From positions 1 through 64,000 of IMG/VR virus record IMGVR_UViG_3300014204_000009: a DNA stretch of 64,000 bases. One strand, given 5' to 3'. Origin of the DNA: a virus. Taxonomy: Duplodnaviria; Caudoviricetes. The position numbers and the translations under genes are program-made. The notes below the pieces were generated by a model. The model was not told where the DNA came from, ran no database searches, and saw nothing but the letters and a program-made list of their open reading frames with translations. Shown in pieces: positions 1 through 9,800 of the stretch (position 1 is the stretch's first letter; every line of letters begins with the position of its first letter).

Positions 1-690
1 GCAACGGCAACGAGTATTACTTATACCGATCCAACCCCATACATGAACAGTTTTAGAACTGCACCTTTTTGGGTGAATGATTTTATGACATCTTCTACAC
101 AAACTTATCCTTGGGCAAGTACAAGAGTTTCGTCTGGAACACAAGGGGCTATTGTTGGTAGCGTAAACCATCCCGGAATAGTTAAGGTCAATAGTTCTTC
201 AACAGCAAATAGTGGATATTATTATGAATTTATAAATAGTTCTCTTGCTGGATTACATGGCAATGAGGTAACTACCGCAATCATTTTTCCAATCAGAACA
301 GATAGCGTAACTACTCGATTTGGGTTTCATGATGCCACATCTTCCTCTGATGCGGTGGATGGAGTATATTTTGAAGTAGTTCCCGGGGATGGGGAATGTT
401 CAGGAAAAACAGCTAATAATTCAGTAAGATCAACTACTGGAACACATTATCATTTATCTAATTCAACATGGTATAGACTTTATTTAGTTGTAAATGGAGA
501 TGCAACCCGTGTTGATTATTATATTTTTGATGCTGCTGGAGCTCAACTGTGGACTGATGGGTTAACTACTAATATACCTACTGCACGATCAACAGGACAT
601 GGAATTATATGTACGAAAACTCTTGGAGGTGTATCAGAATTGATTAATATAGATTATATGGATTGTTATTTAGGAAGATTAATAAGATAA
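1..690 (+). CDS. C-terminal part of a fibre/receptor-binding-like protein with a beta-sandwich (lectin-like) domain; truncated by the window edge
   Basis: The frame is open from base 1 (ATATSITYTDPTPY precedes the Met at 43). The sequence is S/T/G/aromatic-rich and beta-like, and lies in the structural block. Confidence 0.5.
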   Translation, partial: ATATSITYTDPTPYMNSFRTAPFWVNDFMTSSTQTYPWASTRVSSGTQGAIVGSVNHPGIVKVNSSSTANSGYYYEFINSSLAGLHGNEVTTAIIFPIRTDSVTTRFGFHDATSSSDAVDGVYFEVVPGDGECSGKTANNSVRSTTGTHYHLSNSTWYRLYLVVNGDATRVDYYIFDAAGAQLWTDGLTTNIPTARSTGHGIICTKTLGGVSELINIDYMDCYLGRLIR

Positions 691-1163
691 TGATACGTAC
701 ATCAACCATACATAAAGGACACCATAGAGGGAATGTTTGGTTTGCTATTCCTAAGAATAAGATTAGCGGAACAATTATCCTTAATGATACTATGTTTGCT
801 GATGGCAATTTTATATCTAAGATAACAGGTATTTCAGGATATAATTGTAAAGGACAGAAATGTTCTGCGAGGATAGGTTGGAAGTCTGTTAATGGAATGA
901 TTGAAATATGGGCTTATGTTTGGAATAATGGTATAAGTCCTCAACAGAATCTTGGGCAGAAGTTCAAATTAGCAAGTTATAAACCTGATGCTGAGGTTCC
1001 TTTTGAAATTGAATATAAGGGTGAAAATGTAACTTTTAAGACTAATAATAATGTTGATATTATTAAAGCTACCGCACCTACAATAAAATACTTGGCAATG
1101 CCTTATTATGGAGGCGAAGAAGTTGCTCCTCACAAGATAAATGTTAATGTTAAATTTAATTAA
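663..1163 (+). CDS. hypothetical beta-rich protein; possible ConA-like fold; the real start may be the Met at 690
   Basis: 166-aa ORF with RIGW..WAYV and YYGG motifs; co-oriented and packed against its neighbours. Confidence 0.4.
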   Translation: MLFRKINKIMIRTSTIHKGHHRGNVWFAIPKNKISGTIILNDTMFADGNFISKITGISGYNCKGQKCSARIGWKSVNGMIEIWAYVWNNGISPQQNLGQKFKLASYKPDAEVPFEIEYKGENVTFKTNNNVDIIKATAPTIKYLAMPYYGGEEVAPHKINVNVKFN

Positions 1164-1175
1164 ATACTTAAAATT

Positions 1176-1694
1176 ATGGTAACAACTACAAAGCCACCTA
1201 TTTATAGAGTGGCAATCGTTAATGAAGATGGAAGTCTTATGATGGGTAAACCGTTATTTGATTATCTTACGGAGATTAATTATCAAATACCTATTGTTGA
1301 AAAAACTCCTGGTTTAAATCTTCCAATTAAACCTATTAAACCAAATTGGTACACGGCAACAAATGAAGAGAAGATGGCTTATTCTTTAGCTATGATGGCT
1401 TATGATGTGGCTTTCAGGAATGCAAGAGATTTGTATTATGAAGGATTACGAAAAATGTCAGAAGATCTTGCTATGGCAGGTGCTATTCTTGATTTTACTT
1501 TTGATATTGTAATGTTTGACCGTAATACAAATACATGGACTATTCAATCAGTACCTATAAATTATGATTTTATACTAGTATATAAGAGAATTACTGGATG
1601 GTATTCAAAGACTATTTTACATACTCCTTATGAACAACTTGCATGGGGAACTACAAATGGATATGGATTCTTTTGTACTGATGTACCTAAATAA
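1176..1694 (+). CDS. hypothetical protein
   Basis: 172-aa ORF with an AT-rich initiation region, in the operon. Confidence 0.5.
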   Translation: MVTTTKPPIYRVAIVNEDGSLMMGKPLFDYLTEINYQIPIVEKTPGLNLPIKPIKPNWYTATNEEKMAYSLAMMAYDVAFRNARDLYYEGLRKMSEDLAMAGAILDFTFDIVMFDRNTNTWTIQSVPINYDFILVYKRITGWYSKTILHTPYEQLAWGTTNGYGFFCTDVPK

Positions 1695-1722
1695 ATGGTA
1701 ATTAACAATATATAATATTTAA

Positions 1723-3141
1723 ATGAAAAAACTATTAATATTTATTCTATTACTAATTTCAGTAATAGGTTATGCACAAAATAATCCTACATATGATAAT
1801 GTTTATATTAAAAATAAACTAGATGTAGGAACTATTAATGCTATTGGAGATATTTATTATAAAGGAGCATTAATAGCTACATCAAGTATTACTGGAAAGA
1901 TTGCAGCTGCTGATAGTTCTATTACTGGAGCAGGAAATTATGTTACTAAAAAGTATTTAACTGATAGAGCATATCTAACTTCAAGTAATATAACTGGTAA
2001 ATTAAATACAGCAGATAGTATAGGAACAGCAAGTGGTAATTATATTACTAGAAAAACATTAGTAGACTATGGTGAATATCTTCAACCTGATTCTATTCTT
2101 CTGTCTCAATCGGCTACTTATACTTCTGTTACTTCTATTAAATATCCTACATTAGCTGCTGAAGTTCCTAGTGATGGAGCAGATTGGAGTGATAGTTCTA
2201 ATGTGTATTCATCTAATAATGTGTATGCAAGTACATATTCTTCAAATGATTGTTCTGATTATCTAAAAATAAACGATTTTGGATTTACTATACCATCAGA
2301 TGCAATTATAACTGGGATTACAGTAGATATGGAATGTAAATCAGATAGTAATAATTTTTATTTAGATAAAATTTATGTTCTTAAAAATGATATTGCTGTA
2401 ACTGGAGTATGGGTATATTCCGCTGGATGGATATTACCTACTACTGATACTGTTCTTAGTATAGATAGTAGTAATTCTATAGTTTTAAATAGTATGTGGG
2501 GAACTACTTGGACTCCTGCACAAATTAATGATAGTCTTTTTGGAATTAATATTAGATTTTGTAATGATAGTATTGAATCTGATACTCTCAGACTTGATTA
2601 TGTTAAAATTACTATAAGTTATAATAACCCTGTATTATTATCTTCTAGTACTAAAATTACTCCATATGGAATTACAGTAGGTACAGATCCATATGTATTA
2701 GAATCAGAAGTTTGGAATACTATTGATAGTGCTAAAGGAAATTTAGATATGAGAACTTATGGTATAAGTGGAGCCTCCTTCATTAGTAGTAATTATATTG
2801 AATCTCGTGGAACTTTTTATTGGAATCAAGAAGAACATAGAGTAGGAGTTATTAACGAAGTAGATACCATAGATTGGAGTTTAAAGAATGTACAGGAACT
2901 TATACTAGATGATACTTGTGAAATTACTTTTCTTACACCTACTTATCCTTGTCATCTACAATTAAAAATAGTTCATGATGCTAGTGCTACAAGTTTTCCA
3001 GTAACTTTTAGTAATGGTGTATTATTTAAGGGAGGAACAAATTATGTTTCTACTGCAGCAGCAAATGCAGTAGATATATTAGATATTTATTTTGATGATA
3101 CTTATTATTATATAAATCCTTTAAATGATTTTAAACCATGA
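1723..3141 (+). CDS. fibre-like protein with an N-terminal Sec signal peptide
   Basis: Signal peptide MKKLLIFILLLISVIGYA|Q; two ~33-aa repeats; central jelly-roll-like domain (FGFTIPSDAIITGITV..WGTTWTPAQIN); C-terminal IDWS..NVQ..AANAVDIL domain typical of phage fibres. Confidence 0.55.
   Translation: MKKLLIFILLLISVIGYAQNNPTYDNVYIKNKLDVGTINAIGDIYYKGALIATSSITGKIAAADSSITGAGNYVTKKYLTDRAYLTSSNITGKLNTADSIGTASGNYITRKTLVDYGEYLQPDSILLSQSATYTSVTSIKYPTLAAEVPSDGADWSDSSNVYSSNNVYASTYSSNDCSDYLKINDFGFTIPSDAIITGITVDMECKSDSNNFYLDKIYVLKNDIAVTGVWVYSAGWILPTTDTVLSIDSSNSIVLNSMWGTTWTPAQINDSLFGINIRFCNDSIESDTLRLDYVKITISYNNPVLLSSSTKITPYGITVGTDPYVLESEVWNTIDSAKGNLDMRTYGISGASFISSNYIESRGTFYWNQEEHRVGVINEVDTIDWSLKNVQELILDDTCEITFLTPTYPCHLQLKIVHDASATSFPVTFSNGVLFKGGTNYVSTAAANAVDILDIYFDDTYYYINPLNDFKP
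1879..2070 (+). repeat. two imperfect ~33-aa coding repeats
   Basis: TSSITGKIAAADSSITGAGNYVTKKYL versus TSSNITGKLNTADSIGTASGNYITRKTL. Confidence 0.7.
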
Positions 3142-3554
3142 AAAAACTAATATTTATAATACTATTTCTAATATCAATTTGTTCTTTTGGGCAGACTTTT
3201 CAACATGGATATAATAGTATATTTGATAGTCTTTATATTGAAGATTCTGATACTTTAGAACAAGTTACTCTAGAATTACCTAATTATGCATTTACATATG
3301 TATATGGAATTAATTATGGTAGTATTGATTCAAGTACTATACTACTTTATATTCAAGCTTCTATTCCATCCATGGGATGGACTACAATAAGTGATACTGT
3401 CACTTTGGATTCCACTTCTACTGCAACTTACTATTATCTTACTGGAACTACTCCTCCCTATCCTGACATTAAACTTATGATGGAACGAGATACAGTTGAA
3501 TATGTATTAGATGGATGGGTTAAAACTATATTATTTACTAGGAAAATTGAATAG
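3138..3554 (+). CDS. signal-peptide-bearing beta-rich protein
   Basis: MKKLIFIILFLISICSFG|Q; ATGA overlap with the upstream gene. Confidence 0.55.
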   Translation: MKKLIFIILFLISICSFGQTFQHGYNSIFDSLYIEDSDTLEQVTLELPNYAFTYVYGINYGSIDSSTILLYIQASIPSMGWTTISDTVTLDSTSTATYYYLTGTTPPYPDIKLMMERDTVEYVLDGWVKTILFTRKIE

Positions 3555-3581
3555 GTAATAAATAATATTAATATTAAATTA

Positions 3582-3890
3582 ATGACTACATTAACTAAAA
3601 GTAGAAAACAATTAAGAAGAAGATCTTGGTGGAATAATAATATACTTGGAGTAATTGTAACTATTATGATTGCTGCTTATTTTGCAGTAGATTTAGAAGC
3701 AAAGAAACAAAATAGAGAAGAGCATAAAACTATTATTTCTACACAAACTATAGCTGGCGATAAATATGATAACCAGATTTATACTATATGTATAGTATTA
3801 GTTAATGATCCTAATACTGATCCGATGTTAAAAGGTATATTATTAGATTATATAAAAGGATATTGTATAACTAGAAGTGGAGGAGTTTAA
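3582..3890 (+). CDS. single-TM membrane protein (holin/lysis-associated candidate)
   Basis: Basic N-terminus followed by a hydrophobic helix ILGVIVTIMIAAYFAV. Confidence 0.4.
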   Translation: MTTLTKSRKQLRRRSWWNNNILGVIVTIMIAAYFAVDLEAKKQNREEHKTIISTQTIAGDKYDNQIYTICIVLVNDPNTDPMLKGILLDYIKGYCITRSGGV

Positions 3891-3892
3891 AA

Positions 3893-4138
3893 ATGGAAGA
3901 AGTTAAAAAAGATACTTTTATAGAAGTAGCTAAAGAAAGATATGAATCTCCTTCTTCTCCTTGGTGGAATACAGTTGGATATATAGCTGGACCTTTAGCT
4001 AGTGGAATGTCTTTTGTCATGACTATAGATGGATTACCTAAATGGTCAAGATATATAATTAGTTTTGTAATAGGCTTTGCCACTTGGTTTGTACCTACTA
4101 AATTTGGTACTACTAATAAAACAACAGCCAATAAATAA
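3893..4138 (+). CDS. putative holin (2 TM)
   Basis: 81 aa with two hydrophobic segments and a basic C-terminal tail. Confidence 0.4.
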   Translation: MEEVKKDTFIEVAKERYESPSSPWWNTVGYIAGPLASGMSFVMTIDGLPKWSRYIISFVIGFATWFVPTKFGTTNKTTANK

Positions 4139-4168
4139 ATAATGTATAACTAAACAATAATTAAAATT

Positions 4169-4528
4169 ATGGAAAAATTTGGAATTGATGTAATCAAGAA
4201 AGCAATTAAGTTTGGACTTAATTTGCAAGAAGCTATCAAAGAATCATTGAAAGATGATGGACATATTAGTGGAATGGAATATTTTAAGATTGCTGGAGCA
4301 TTGACTGGAATTATTCCTATTGTTACTAAAATCAGTGAGATTAAAGATGAATATAATGATTTAAGTACTGAAGAAAAGACTGAAATTAATGAATATTTCG
4401 CAGAAGAATTTGATCTTCCAAATGATGTAATTGAAATTAAGATTGAAAGAGCTTTTGCTCTTATTGTTCTTATTGTTACTGGAGTAGATGACATATTTGA
4501 ACCTCCTGTAGAAGAATCTGTAGTTTAG
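4169..4528 (+). CDS. hypothetical protein (acidic, helical)
   Basis: 119-aa ORF in the late operon. Confidence 0.5.
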   Translation: MEKFGIDVIKKAIKFGLNLQEAIKESLKDDGHISGMEYFKIAGALTGIIPIVTKISEIKDEYNDLSTEEKTEINEYFAEEFDLPNDVIEIKIERAFALIVLIVTGVDDIFEPPVEESVV

Positions 4529-4552
4529 TATTAATCTTTTAATAATTAAATC

Positions 4553-5194
4553 ATGGCTACATTAAAAACTTATGCAACTCAATTAATTGATGCCTTAGAT
4601 CGTCCTTTCGACGAAATGTTCTTACGTAGAGTTATGGATTTAATTATTAATGAAAGAGCCTCCCTTATTAGACAAGAGTTAAATAAGGGGGACTCTTCTC
4701 ATTATTATACTTTTCCATATAATGTTGAATTGGAAATAGTAAATGGAATAACTGAAAATATTATTTATGGAAGAAATATATTAAGAAGTATAAATAAAAT
4801 ACCTACACCAATTAGAATTAATTCTCCTGAACCATTTGTGCAAGTATCTGGAATTGGTGGGCCTACATTAACTTTTGTTGCTGGTGCTACTGAGTATAAA
4901 TTTAGAGAGAATCTTGATAAAGTAGGTAATGCTATTGTATATATGTGGAGGAACAATAGAATATATATACTTAATAATCTTAAATTAAGAAATGTTATTG
5001 CTGTTGCTGCATATGAAAATCCATATGTATATATAGATGGATATGAAGAAGGTAGTATTATATGTGATGAAGATATGGAGTTTCCTATTCCTATTGATTT
5101 AATAGGTAATATTAAATCTAAACTTTTATCAGGTGAATTAAGTATTATTGATGATAAAGATAAAGTAACTCCTGCTCATGTCGACAATAACTAG
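4553..5194 (+). CDS. crAss-like tail ring protein
   Basis: Size and position upstream of the IHF-like/tubular/muzzle genes; RASLIRQ..LRS..KIP.PI..FENP-like and FPIP motifs resemble crAss ring proteins. Confidence 0.55.
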   Translation: MATLKTYATQLIDALDRPFDEMFLRRVMDLIINERASLIRQELNKGDSSHYYTFPYNVELEIVNGITENIIYGRNILRSINKIPTPIRINSPEPFVQVSGIGGPTLTFVAGATEYKFRENLDKVGNAIVYMWRNNRIYILNNLKLRNVIAVAAYENPYVYIDGYEEGSIICDEDMEFPIPIDLIGNIKSKLLSGELSIIDDKDKVTPAHVDNN

Positions 5195-6116
5195 TTTAGA
5201 TCCTAAAAGATCATATGAGATTTATAAAGAATCTCTTACTATTAAGATAGAACATATTACTCAATCTCTTATTATTACAAGAGAAAAGATTAATTATATG
5301 GCTAACCAGATTTATTTTATTGGAGAAAGCCATGGATTAAGAAATGATTTATATATTAAAATTAAAGATTTTATTAATGATGGAACTAGACCTACAATAG
5401 AGTATTTACAAGAAGTTAATTATAAGAACTTTCAAAGTGAAGATTGGTTTATTGCTAAAACTCAAATTATAACTAATTATTTTAAATCTATTGTATCTTT
5501 ATTTTTAGAAGAATATAATCTTGAAGAATATATTAGAGTACTTAAACTTTCAGATTTAGATTATAAAACTTATTATAGAATATTAATATCTTATTATTTT
5601 AATGTTGCTAATAAGTTACTTAGAGGAGAAAAATATGTAATAGATAATGTTGGATTATTGCAAGTAGTTACTAGACCTGGAATTGTATCTAAACATATGA
5701 AGTTTAAACCTGATTGGGGAGAGTCTATTAGACTACTTAAGTTGTTTGCTGAAAATCATCATCCTGACATATATAATGATTTTATAAATAAAACAATATC
5801 TAAAGCTGCATTTATTGAGAAGCTTAAACCTTATTGTTATAACGAAGAAACTAATCCTACTGGATTTAAATGGTTAATACATAGACATACTCCTACTAAT
5901 GCTTGGATATGTTTTTATGAAAAGAAGATTGATACTAGATATAATATTGTACCTAGTAATTTTGTTATGAATGCAACTAGAAGTCAAATCGACTTTACAA
6001 ATAATATACAATCTATTAGTGAAATATTTGAAACTCATGAATTAGGATTTAGAGATAAACTTAATGCATTAGTTCGTTTTGATTCTAATTATATTAATAA
6101 CTTTGAGAAACGATAA
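5178..6116 (+). CDS. crAss-like IHF-subunit-like protein
   Basis: LLRGEKYVIDNVGLLQVV...PDWGES motif; lies just before the tail tubular gene as in crAss-like phages. Confidence 0.5.
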   Translation: MSTITSLDPKRSYEIYKESLTIKIEHITQSLIITREKINYMANQIYFIGESHGLRNDLYIKIKDFINDGTRPTIEYLQEVNYKNFQSEDWFIAKTQIITNYFKSIVSLFLEEYNLEEYIRVLKLSDLDYKTYYRILISYYFNVANKLLRGEKYVIDNVGLLQVVTRPGIVSKHMKFKPDWGESIRLLKLFAENHHPDIYNDFINKTISKAAFIEKLKPYCYNEETNPTGFKWLIHRHTPTNAWICFYEKKIDTRYNIVPSNFVMNATRSQIDFTNNIQSISEIFETHELGFRDKLNALVRFDSNYINNFEKR

Positions 6117-6119
6117 ACT

Positions 6120-6827
6120 ATGATTACAACATATATTCCTGGTAAAACTTGTATAGCTAGTGTTTATGATAGATTTCCAGTTAATCATAATGGATGGGAA
6201 GTACGTGCTGCTAGATGGATTTCTCAAGCACTTAGAGAAATGTCTATACCATTAACTCTTGAACGTACTACAGTACCTGCTGAAATGCTAGAATTTAAAT
6301 GTAAGATTCCAGATAAGACCGCTTATATTAGAGGGATGTCTTGGAATTATTATAGAATTAAAAGATTAGGACATAGAATAAATGTTGATGTAGATCAAGA
6401 TTTACCTATATTATATGATTCTGAATATTGGTATGATATAACTACAGATGGATATATAACTAGCAATCTTGAGGAAGGAGATATCAAACTTTATATTTAT
6501 AAATATCTAGATGATTTTGATCAAGAAACTAATGTTTTCTATCCTAGAGTACCAGACAATGAAGAAGTATTAAATGCTATTGATTGGTATATATTAAAGA
6601 GAATGTTAGAAAGAGGTCATGTAATTAAAGGTTATAGTTTATCTGATAATAATGAATTTACTAATCCTGGAATAGCATTTAATTTAGCTAAAAAGAAAGC
6701 ACGTAATTCTGCTAATAGTTTTGGACTTGAAGAGAGAGAGTTAATTAGTAGACTTAATAGAAGTTTTATATTAGATTATAATAATTATACTCAGGGAGAA
6801 TATAATCCAAACTACTATGAAGCTTAA
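6120..6827 (+). CDS. tail tubular/ring protein (P22 gp4-like)
   Basis: WISQAL, GYITSN.EEG and PRVPD...AIDWYI motifs; immediately upstream of the muzzle gene. Confidence 0.6.
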   Translation: MITTYIPGKTCIASVYDRFPVNHNGWEVRAARWISQALREMSIPLTLERTTVPAEMLEFKCKIPDKTAYIRGMSWNYYRIKRLGHRINVDVDQDLPILYDSEYWYDITTDGYITSNLEEGDIKLYIYKYLDDFDQETNVFYPRVPDNEEVLNAIDWYILKRMLERGHVIKGYSLSDNNEFTNPGIAFNLAKKKARNSANSFGLEERELISRLNRSFILDYNNYTQGEYNPNYYEA

Positions 6828-9800
6828 TAAAGGTATGCGTAGGGATGAAGCTTTAAATGAAGCTATCCCTGGAAGTTGGAGATATGCTCGTGATCTTTCA
6901 TTATCTTTGGGGTCTCAAGATCTAATTAATGATCTTGGTAATACATATTATGCTCAAGTATCTGGAAGAAATGTATTTAGTTATATAAAAGCTAATAATA
7001 GAGTTATATTATTTAGTGTTGAATCTGATGGTATTACTGAAAATCCATATAATGAAATTGGTATATTTGATGGTACTACATATACTTCTTTAATTAAAAG
7101 TTTATATTTAGATTTTAATACTAGCAATCCAATTATTGGAGTATTTGGATATGATTTTAATAATGATTTAATTATTGTATTTACAGATGCAACTCAAGAA
7201 GTTCCTACTTATACTCCTAATAATATACGATATTTAAATGTAGATACACTACCTTTTGAATTAGATGGAGATTTAGAATTAGTTAATCCTTCTGATATAT
7301 ATTTACTCAATTTATGTCCTGAATTTAAAACTCCTATTTTCAATTATAGACAAACTCAATATATTGGAGGTAATTTATTAAGTGGAGTATATTATTATTT
7401 TATTCAATATGAAATATTTGATGGATTTTTTGGAGAATGGATAAGTAATTCACAACCTGTTATAGTTCATCCTTCATCTAATACTGAATTATGGGAAACA
7501 ATTGAAGGTGCTAAAGCAGGTTCAATTACTTCTAAAAGTATAGAAATAGATATATCAAATACTGATACTAGATATAAAAGATATAGAATTGCATTTGTAA
7601 GTAAGATAGATGGTATAATATCTGCTAAGATTATTGCTATAAATAATACAAGTAATAATGTATTTATTCATACAGGTAATGAAGTATATCAAGATGTATC
7701 AATTGATGAAATATTTACTAGAAATTCTATTTATACTAAGAGTAAATCACTTACTATATTAGATAGTAATTTATATCTTGGCGGACCTGAAATTGATCCT
7801 GAAATTAGATATCAAAAATATGCTAATAATATAAAAGTAAATTGGATTGCTTTAGATTCTATAGGATTAGATGCATATGTAGATTCTTATAAGAATCCAT
7901 ACTTTGTATTTAATATGAAAACTTTTATGCCTGGTGAAATTTATGCTTTATATGGTAGATTTCGTCTTAAAAATGGGCAAACTTCTAAATTATTTCATAT
8001 ACCAGGAAGAGCACCTTTATTGAGTGATATAGCAGATAGTGAAGATAGTGTTGCTCAATCTATATACTCAACAGCTAAAAAGTTTCATTTAGAAAATACT
8101 GCAACTGAATTTTCTCCAGGAGTTAAATATGGAGAAATGGGATATTGGGAAAATGCTAGTGAATCATATCCTGATAGTGATGAATTTAATAGTAGTATTG
8201 ATTATGATGGAAATCCTCTTTTAGTTGGAGGTAGTGTAGTAGGTAAAGATCTTAGACAACTTAAAGTTAGACATCATAAGTTTCCTTCACTATATACATT
8301 AAAAGATTGGAATATACCATTTCTACATCATAATGATAAAGCTATTGTTGGTGTTGGAAATGTAGAAATTAGTGGGGCAAATACTTATAATCAAAAATAT
8401 ATTGGAACTCAAGAAAAAAGTCAAATTGGAAATGTAAAAGTATTAGGATTTACTAATACAGGTACTAGTGAATACACTACTATTCGTCATGACTTAACAT
8501 ATGAACCTGATTATGATAGAGTTAGTGAACCTACTGATGAATCACATAGATGGTATACAGTTATAGAAGCTACTCAAAAGATACTGGTAGATTATACTCT
8601 TAATATTCATGCTGACTTTCATAAAGATAATAATGTATTAGCATATTACCATAAAATAAAAGCACATCTTCAATTAATTAAGAAAGCTAGTGATGATATA
8701 GAAACTATCTTAGAAGAAGTATGGGATACAAATGGATCTGGAGGAGCAGGAGTTGAAACTGTTCATATTGCACTAGAAAATGAACTTGGTTCTGAAATTT
8801 CATTATATCCTGGAGATTCACTTATTATTAGAGGTAGTTGTTGGACTGAAACCCAGGAAGAATATAATCCTATACCATATACTGCAGGACAAGGGTTTAC
8901 TGGTAATTGTAAATATGTAATTAAAGTAGATAGTACTCCTTCTACTGAATTAGCAACTATATTAGGATTACAACTTGATCCTACAACTGTATATTTTCCA
9001 GATTATATTAAAGAGGTAGCTACTCATTTTGAGATATTATATGCGAAACGAACGACTGGTAATTCTACAGTTCTTGGGCAAGCAATGATTACTACTGTTG
9101 ATACAAATGATGGTTATAAGTATTGTAGAGAACATTCTTTTGATTTGATTAGTACTTTAGCTGGATTAAATGTTACTCATGCAGAGAGAATGTTGAAATA
9201 TGATTATACAGAAGCTGGGAGTAATACTATTATATATAATACAGATCCTACTGCAGATAATTATGTGATAGAAAATCAATATGATGGATTAAGTTCTCTA
9301 GTTAAAATTACTGAATCTAAATATATGCAACGAGATAATTCATATATTGTACCTAGTAATGCTGGAGGAGAAGATTATATTTATCATAGAGGTATTTTTG
9401 ATGATAATGATGATGTACCTGTAAATGATGCTACTGATAAAGAATTTACTTTAGCTAATTTCTGTTCGTTTAAATTAAATGTATATAATTCATTTTTTAA
9501 TCAACAAGTTGTAAAAACTACTGGAGTAATTGATATAAATAGTTTAAATCCTGAATCATATAATATATATGGTGGGGATTGTCATGTTAGTTTATATGGA
9601 GTAACTAGATATTTTGATGATACTACTGAACATTATCCTGCTCCTAATGAAGCTAATCATAAAAATAAGTTTTGGTATTTTTTATATCCTTGTTATTCTG
9701 TAGCTAATATAGGATTACAACATCGTGGTAAAGAAATAGATGAATTTGCATTTCCATATTTTAATCTTATTGATGATGTATTAGGTAGAGGTGCAACTCA

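Noticed and set aside
1-3554. Diversity-generating retroelement targeting the fibre genes
   Set aside because: No reverse transcriptase or adenine-variant repeat pair was seen in this window.
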